IMG/VR virus record: IMGVR_UViG_3300020577_003088 | Span: 2,842 to 66,841 of that record | Length of the DNA stretch: 64,000 bases | Strand: one strand, 5' to 3' | From: a virus | Part shown: one piece after another, positions 60,562 through 64,000 of the stretch | How the letters are laid out: every line of letters starts with the position of its first letter | How positions within the stretch are numbered: the first letter of the stretch is position 1 | Translations under genes and position numbers: made by a program | The notes under the pieces: model-generated | Seen by the model: the letters and a program-made list of their open reading frames with translations, nothing else | The model's database searches: none | Told to the model about the DNA's origin: nothing

Positions 60562-61397
60562 TGGCTGAAGATGCACCCTCTCCAATGGCTGCGGCCATGT
60601 TCTGGCGCCAGCAGCAGGAGCGCGCCAAGCGCCGCGACAGTCGTCCGAAGCCTGCGGCGGCTGCAAGCCAACCCTCTGGCGGTCCGGGCGGGGCGAGCGC
60701 TGCGATGGTGCGCCAAATCCGTCGCGTCAATGGTGTTGACGAGAGAAAGCCGCAGCCGCTCTCGACGGAAAATCGTTCGCGCCTGCTGGGCGCCATATGG
60801 GATTTCGAGGCCACGTCAAACGAGCCAGAGAACTCCCCCGCCCGGCGTAACGCCGTGGCGCGTTTGCGTCAGTTCGCCGAAGCGCATCCCGACAACGAAC
60901 TGGCCCGTAATGCGCTGGAGTATGACCGCATCCGCCGGACGCACATGCTGCGGGACAGCAGCGGCCAAACAAAAGCGGAGCGTGATGCGACGGTGGGCGA
61001 GAACGCTCGCCTGAACTGGCTGGAAAACCGCTCCGCCGATACGCTAGAAGGCTACGCTCAACGCAATCCTGACGGCCTCCTCGCCAGCGTTGCGGGAGAT
61101 CGCGGTTGGTTCGGCGACGCTAAGGAGCGTGACCGAGTGGCGCGTGGACGGCCTACGTCTGGCCTGTCGGCTACCGAGCAAGCGGCGCTTGAGCAACCCG
61201 CGCCCGACTGGCTGATGCGTGCAGCGCGCGGCAATCCCTATGGCGTTGACGCCTCGCCGCCGCCGTCGCGCGCGCCGACTGTGGACCCCAACACGCTGGA
61301 GGTCCGCCCCTCTCTGACGCGGTATGAAGACGGAAGGCCAGTCGTTGACCGGGACCGCGCTTACATGGCTCGTCGATTGTTTCGACCGAAGCCTTGA
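60561..61397 (+). CDS. Hypothetical protein (278 aa)
   Basis: Coupled start (TGATG). Confidence 0.45.
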   Translation: MAEDAPSPMAAAMFWRQQQERAKRRDSRPKPAAAASQPSGGPGGASAAMVRQIRRVNGVDERKPQPLSTENRSRLLGAIWDFEATSNEPENSPARRNAVARLRQFAEAHPDNELARNALEYDRIRRTHMLRDSSGQTKAERDATVGENARLNWLENRSADTLEGYAQRNPDGLLASVAGDRGWFGDAKERDRVARGRPTSGLSATEQAALEQPAPDWLMRAARGNPYGVDASPPPSRAPTVDPNTLEVRPSLTRYEDGRPVVDRDRAYMARRLFRPKP

Positions 61398-61422
61398 TGG
61401 ATATAGCGACGCGCTATACATG
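61391..61422 (+). promoter_or_regulatory. Promoter-like element with palindrome TATAGCG-acg-CGCTATA and GCTATACA motif
   Basis: Palindrome with 7-bp arms at 61403-61419. TTGATG lies upstream. The downstream gene has a GAGGAAG RBS and an ATG at 61443. Confidence 0.35.
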
Positions 61423-61442
61423 GGGGCTTCAGAGGAAGCCCT

Positions 61443-61715
61443 ATGCCGAAAGACAACGACATCACCCCTCCCCTGTCTCTGATCGCTAAGACGGTCGGGA
61501 CGATCATCGCCGGGGCGGTGTCTGTTCTCGCGGGACAGCAACTCCTGAACATGCGTGAAGACGCGGCGGTCATCGGCGGCTTCATGCTGCTCGGCTGCGG
61601 CTTTCTGCTCGCGCCTTACACAGCGATCAACCTCTGGCGTGAGTGGCGCTCGGAGATCGACAGCTACTCACAAGCCAATGACACTGAAGGGAACGACGAC
61701 AATGAAGAAGTATAG
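61443..61715 (+). CDS. Small membrane protein (2 TM)
   Basis: TM segments TVGTIIAGAVSVLAG and VIGGFMLLGCGFLLAPY. Acidic C-terminus. Confidence 0.4.
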   Translation: MPKDNDITPPLSLIAKTVGTIIAGAVSVLAGQQLLNMREDAAVIGGFMLLGCGFLLAPYTAINLWREWRSEIDSYSQANDTEGNDDNEEV

Positions 61716-62529
61716 CCTCGCCACCATGCTTGTGTCGGCTCTCGCCTTGACGGCGTGCGGAGAGTCAATCCGCTCCGGCCAGGTGGGCGTGCGCGTCAAC
61801 GAAATGGGCTCGAAGGCTGGCGTGCAAGATCAGGAACTCGGCGTCGGCTTCTACTGGAGCCAGATGAACAGCTACATCGTCAAGTTCCCGACGACTGTGC
61901 GAACGGAGGTCTGGGGCAATACGGACGGCGCGGGCGGCGCTCCGCTGACCTTCACGAACAAGGATCAGATGATTACGGGCGCCGCGATCAGCCTGCAAAT
62001 TCGCGTCGATCCGTCGAAAGTCAGCGAGATCGTGCAGCGCTATCGTCTCGGCTTCGAGGAAATGATTGACGGCCCGGTGCGCCGTCGCGTGCAAGACGCC
62101 CTTATTCAGGAGGGCAGCAAGTATACCTCCGAAGAACTGATGTCCGGCAGCGGCGCAAAACTTCTCGGCGAAGTGCTGGAGCGCATCCGCGCGCCGCTCG
62201 CCGAAGAGGGTATTGTGATCGAGAACATCGCCCTTGTCGGCCCGTTTGGCTTGCCGGAAAGTGTCGTTGAACAGATCAACCAGCGCGTGAAGCGTCAGCA
62301 GGAAGCCGAGTCCGAGCGCGCGCAAGTCGAGGTCATCAAGGCGCAAGCCGAGCAGGCTATCGAAGAGGCCCGTGGCCGGGCCATGGCCATGGAGATCGAA
62401 GGACGCGCGCTGGCGGCCAACCCTGGCGTCTTGAGGATGCGGGAGATAGAGGCTTCCACCGGGCAATGCCCGCTCGGCGCGCAAATCTGCGTCATCGGCG
62501 CCAACTTGCCGGTTATGGAACGACAGTAA
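61702..62529 (+). CDS. SPFH (band-7/prohibitin/HflK-like) domain lipoprotein
   Basis: Internal ATG (MKKYSLATMLVSALALTACGE...) with an LTAC lipobox. SPFH-like core (QVGVRVNEMGS...ELGVGFYW...FPT) and a C-terminal coiled region. Confidence 0.6.
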   Translation: MKKYSLATMLVSALALTACGESIRSGQVGVRVNEMGSKAGVQDQELGVGFYWSQMNSYIVKFPTTVRTEVWGNTDGAGGAPLTFTNKDQMITGAAISLQIRVDPSKVSEIVQRYRLGFEEMIDGPVRRRVQDALIQEGSKYTSEELMSGSGAKLLGEVLERIRAPLAEEGIVIENIALVGPFGLPESVVEQINQRVKRQQEAESERAQVEVIKAQAEQAIEEARGRAMAMEIEGRALAANPGVLRMREIEASTGQCPLGAQICVIGANLPVMERQ

Positions 62530-62551
62530 TAAGGCAGGAAGGAACGAGAGC

Positions 62552-62857
62552 GTGAGCGATATGCCTGAGAGCCGGGAAGCTGGCGAGGCCATCATCAAGA
62601 TGGTCGTCGGGCACGGATTTTTCCCTGATGACCGCGGGCTTCTCGCCCTCGCCCGCCTCGGCCTCGCGGTCGCTTTTCCGAGCGAGGAAGACGTGCAGCG
62701 AATGGTGCGGGCCGCCTTCAAGGTGGCGACCGATCCAGACACGCCGGGGCCGCAGCTTCCCGTGGACACGAAGGCCGACTTCGAGGCGGTCGTCGAATGC
62801 ACCATGCTCATGGTCCGCGCCGCCCTCGCCGCTCTTCAGGAAGGAACGAAGCCATGA
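62552..62857 (+). CDS. Hypothetical protein (101 aa)
   Basis: ORF. The start could be GTG at 62552 or ATG at 62561. Confidence 0.4.
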   Translation: MSDMPESREAGEAIIKMVVGHGFFPDDRGLLALARLGLAVAFPSEEDVQRMVRAAFKVATDPDTPGPQLPVDTKADFEAVVECTMLMVRAALAALQEGTKP

Positions 62858-63198
62858 GCGTTGATGCGTCGAAGCTGCGGGAGGGGGATGTCGTGCTGCT
62901 GCGGGCGACAGTCCGCGAGGACGGCATTGATGGCGATGGCGAGGTGACCGTTGCGATAGACGGCATTGACCGCCCCTTGAAGGTCATCGGCGTTGCGCCG
63001 TGGACAATCGTCTCCATCGAGCCCCGCCCTATCGCTGTGGGGGATCGGGTAGATTGCGCGCAAGTTGCGTGGCCTGCCCAGGTGTGGGCGCTTTCGCCTG
63101 ATGGCTTGAACGCATGGATCGGCGAAGTTGGCGGCCCTCGTCACGTTGCCGTACCCCTCTCCACCCTCACCCGCGAGGAGCCCTCCGATGGCGAGTGA
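62854..63198 (+). CDS. Hypothetical protein (114 aa)
   Basis: ATGA overlap with the previous gene. Confidence 0.4.
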   Translation: MSVDASKLREGDVVLLRATVREDGIDGDGEVTVAIDGIDRPLKVIGVAPWTIVSIEPRPIAVGDRVDCAQVAWPAQVWALSPDGLNAWIGEVGGPRHVAVPLSTLTREEPSDGE

Positions 63199-63604
63199 GC
63201 GCACAGACCTCTCAGCGCTGGTGGAAGAAGCGCGGGCGACGGCGCGCGATTATCGAAACCTCCCGCCCGGAAGGCCGCTTACAGCCGACCTCCTCGACCG
63301 CCTCGCCGACGCTCTTTCTCTATCTGCCCCCGCGGGCGGGCGGGATGCGATCATTGAGGAATGCGCGAAGCTCTGCGAGGGCGAAGTCCCGTATGAATTG
63401 CTGCGTCCGGTTTATGTTGAGGCGCGCGAAAGCCATCGCGTAATGACGAGCCGTGCGACGCAGGATTGTCACCCCGGCGATGATTTCGAGTGGCATCTGA
63501 TCCGCGCGCTCGGCAAATATTTCGCCTCCTCCATCCGCGCTCTCAAGTCTGGCGATCCCACATGGAGCCCCTCCATGACAAACTTAGAGATGTCCGCGCA
63601 ATGA
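63188..63604 (+). CDS. Hypothetical protein (138 aa)
   Basis: Internal ATG overlapping the previous stop. Confidence 0.4.
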   Translation: MASERTDLSALVEEARATARDYRNLPPGRPLTADLLDRLADALSLSAPAGGRDAIIEECAKLCEGEVPYELLRPVYVEARESHRVMTSRATQDCHPGDDFEWHLIRALGKYFASSIRALKSGDPTWSPSMTNLEMSAQ

Positions 63605-63661
63605 TGCGCGAGATAGAGGCCCGCCTTTCCGCGCGCCTGCAAGCAGAAGGAAACGCATAAC

Positions 63662-63901
63662 ATGACCAACGAAATCCATCCCGCGCCGACCGAGTTCACG
63701 CCGGACGAAATCGCGCAAGACGCGATCCTGCGCTACTTCCATTACGCTCACCTGCCCCCGGCGCTTCAATCGCGCTCGAAGCCGTTTTGCGATCTGGCGC
63801 GGCTGATCATCGACACCACGCCGCGCAACGCTGAGCGCACGGTCGCCCTTCGCAAGCTTCTGGAGGCGAAGGATGCGGGGGTAAGGGCTCACGTCGGATG
63901 A
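63662..63901 (+). CDS. Hypothetical protein (79 aa)
   Basis: ATG with GAAGGAAACG RBS. Confidence 0.4.
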   Translation: MTNEIHPAPTEFTPDEIAQDAILRYFHYAHLPPALQSRSKPFCDLARLIIDTTPRNAERTVALRKLLEAKDAGVRAHVG

Positions 63902-63935
63902 GCCCCGCCGCACGCGCTATTATGGAGCAACGTCC

Positions 63936-64000
63936 ATGAGCCCCAGCAGTGGAAAGCAGATTTTCGCCTACACGCCAGCGACGCCACCAAGCGGCTATGT
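63936..64000 (+). CDS. Start of a further ORF running out of the window
   Basis: ATG at 63936. The frame is open to the window end. Confidence 0.2.
   Translation, partial: MSPSSGKQIFAYTPATPPSGY

Noticed and set aside
61421-61483. 20-codon ORF starting at the ATG of GCTATACATG (61421)
   Set aside because: Too short, with no RBS. The ATG is part of the conserved motif rather than a start.
1-64000. CRISPR arrays and lysogeny-module integrase
   Set aside because: No direct-repeat/spacer periodicity seen. No tyrosine- or serine-recombinase-like ORF. Whether this is an integrated prophage or a free phage genome cannot be decided from this window.

Overview
This high-GC (~65%) window is almost entirely bacteriophage or prophage DNA with a T7-like (podovirus-type) virion module. 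On the plus strand, in order: a terminase large subunit truncated at its 5' end by the window edge; a few small genes including a DUF4326 protein; a T7-type portal; an accessory block inserted between portal and scaffold (a Lom/OmpX-like outer-membrane beta-barrel, a convergent Arg-rich gene with a bidirectional terminator, and a GT-A glycosyltransferase); a scaffold; an HK97-fold major capsid protein; a possible decoration protein and unknown structural genes; tail-tubular A- and B-like genes; gp13/14/15-like internal core genes; and then one uninterrupted 16.7-kb ORF (5,559 aa) in the gp16 ejection-protein slot. That giant ORF carries a GNAT motif, two HExxH motifs, a zeta-toxin-like P-loop kinase, sigma-r4/LuxR-like HTH motifs, a lower-GC inserted segment and a C-terminal hydrophobic segment, so it reads as a polyvalent ejected effector protein. 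It is followed by a pectate-lyase-fold tailspike with a Gly-rich C-terminus, a holin-like gene plus overlapped i-/o-spanins (no endolysin seen) and a late terminator. Downstream lies a leftward early operon (RecT, NinB-like, Gp157-like, a tandem-duplicated-domain protein, HTH proteins, a ParB/DGQHR-like nuclease-domain protein, DUF932, membrane proteins). A divergent switch with a Cro-like HTH leads into a rightward replication module (DnaB-like helicase and an initiator gene containing palindromic iterons). A second leftward operon is headed by an ARC/PAN-type AAA+ ATPase with small membrane proteins. A second Cro-like switch precedes rightward genes that include an SPFH (band-7) lipoprotein. 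A GCTATACA promoter/operator-like motif recurs at six intergenic sites. No integrase, tRNA, CRISPR array or reverse transcriptase was seen in the window. All functional calls rest on motif recognition by eye and gene order; no searches were run.
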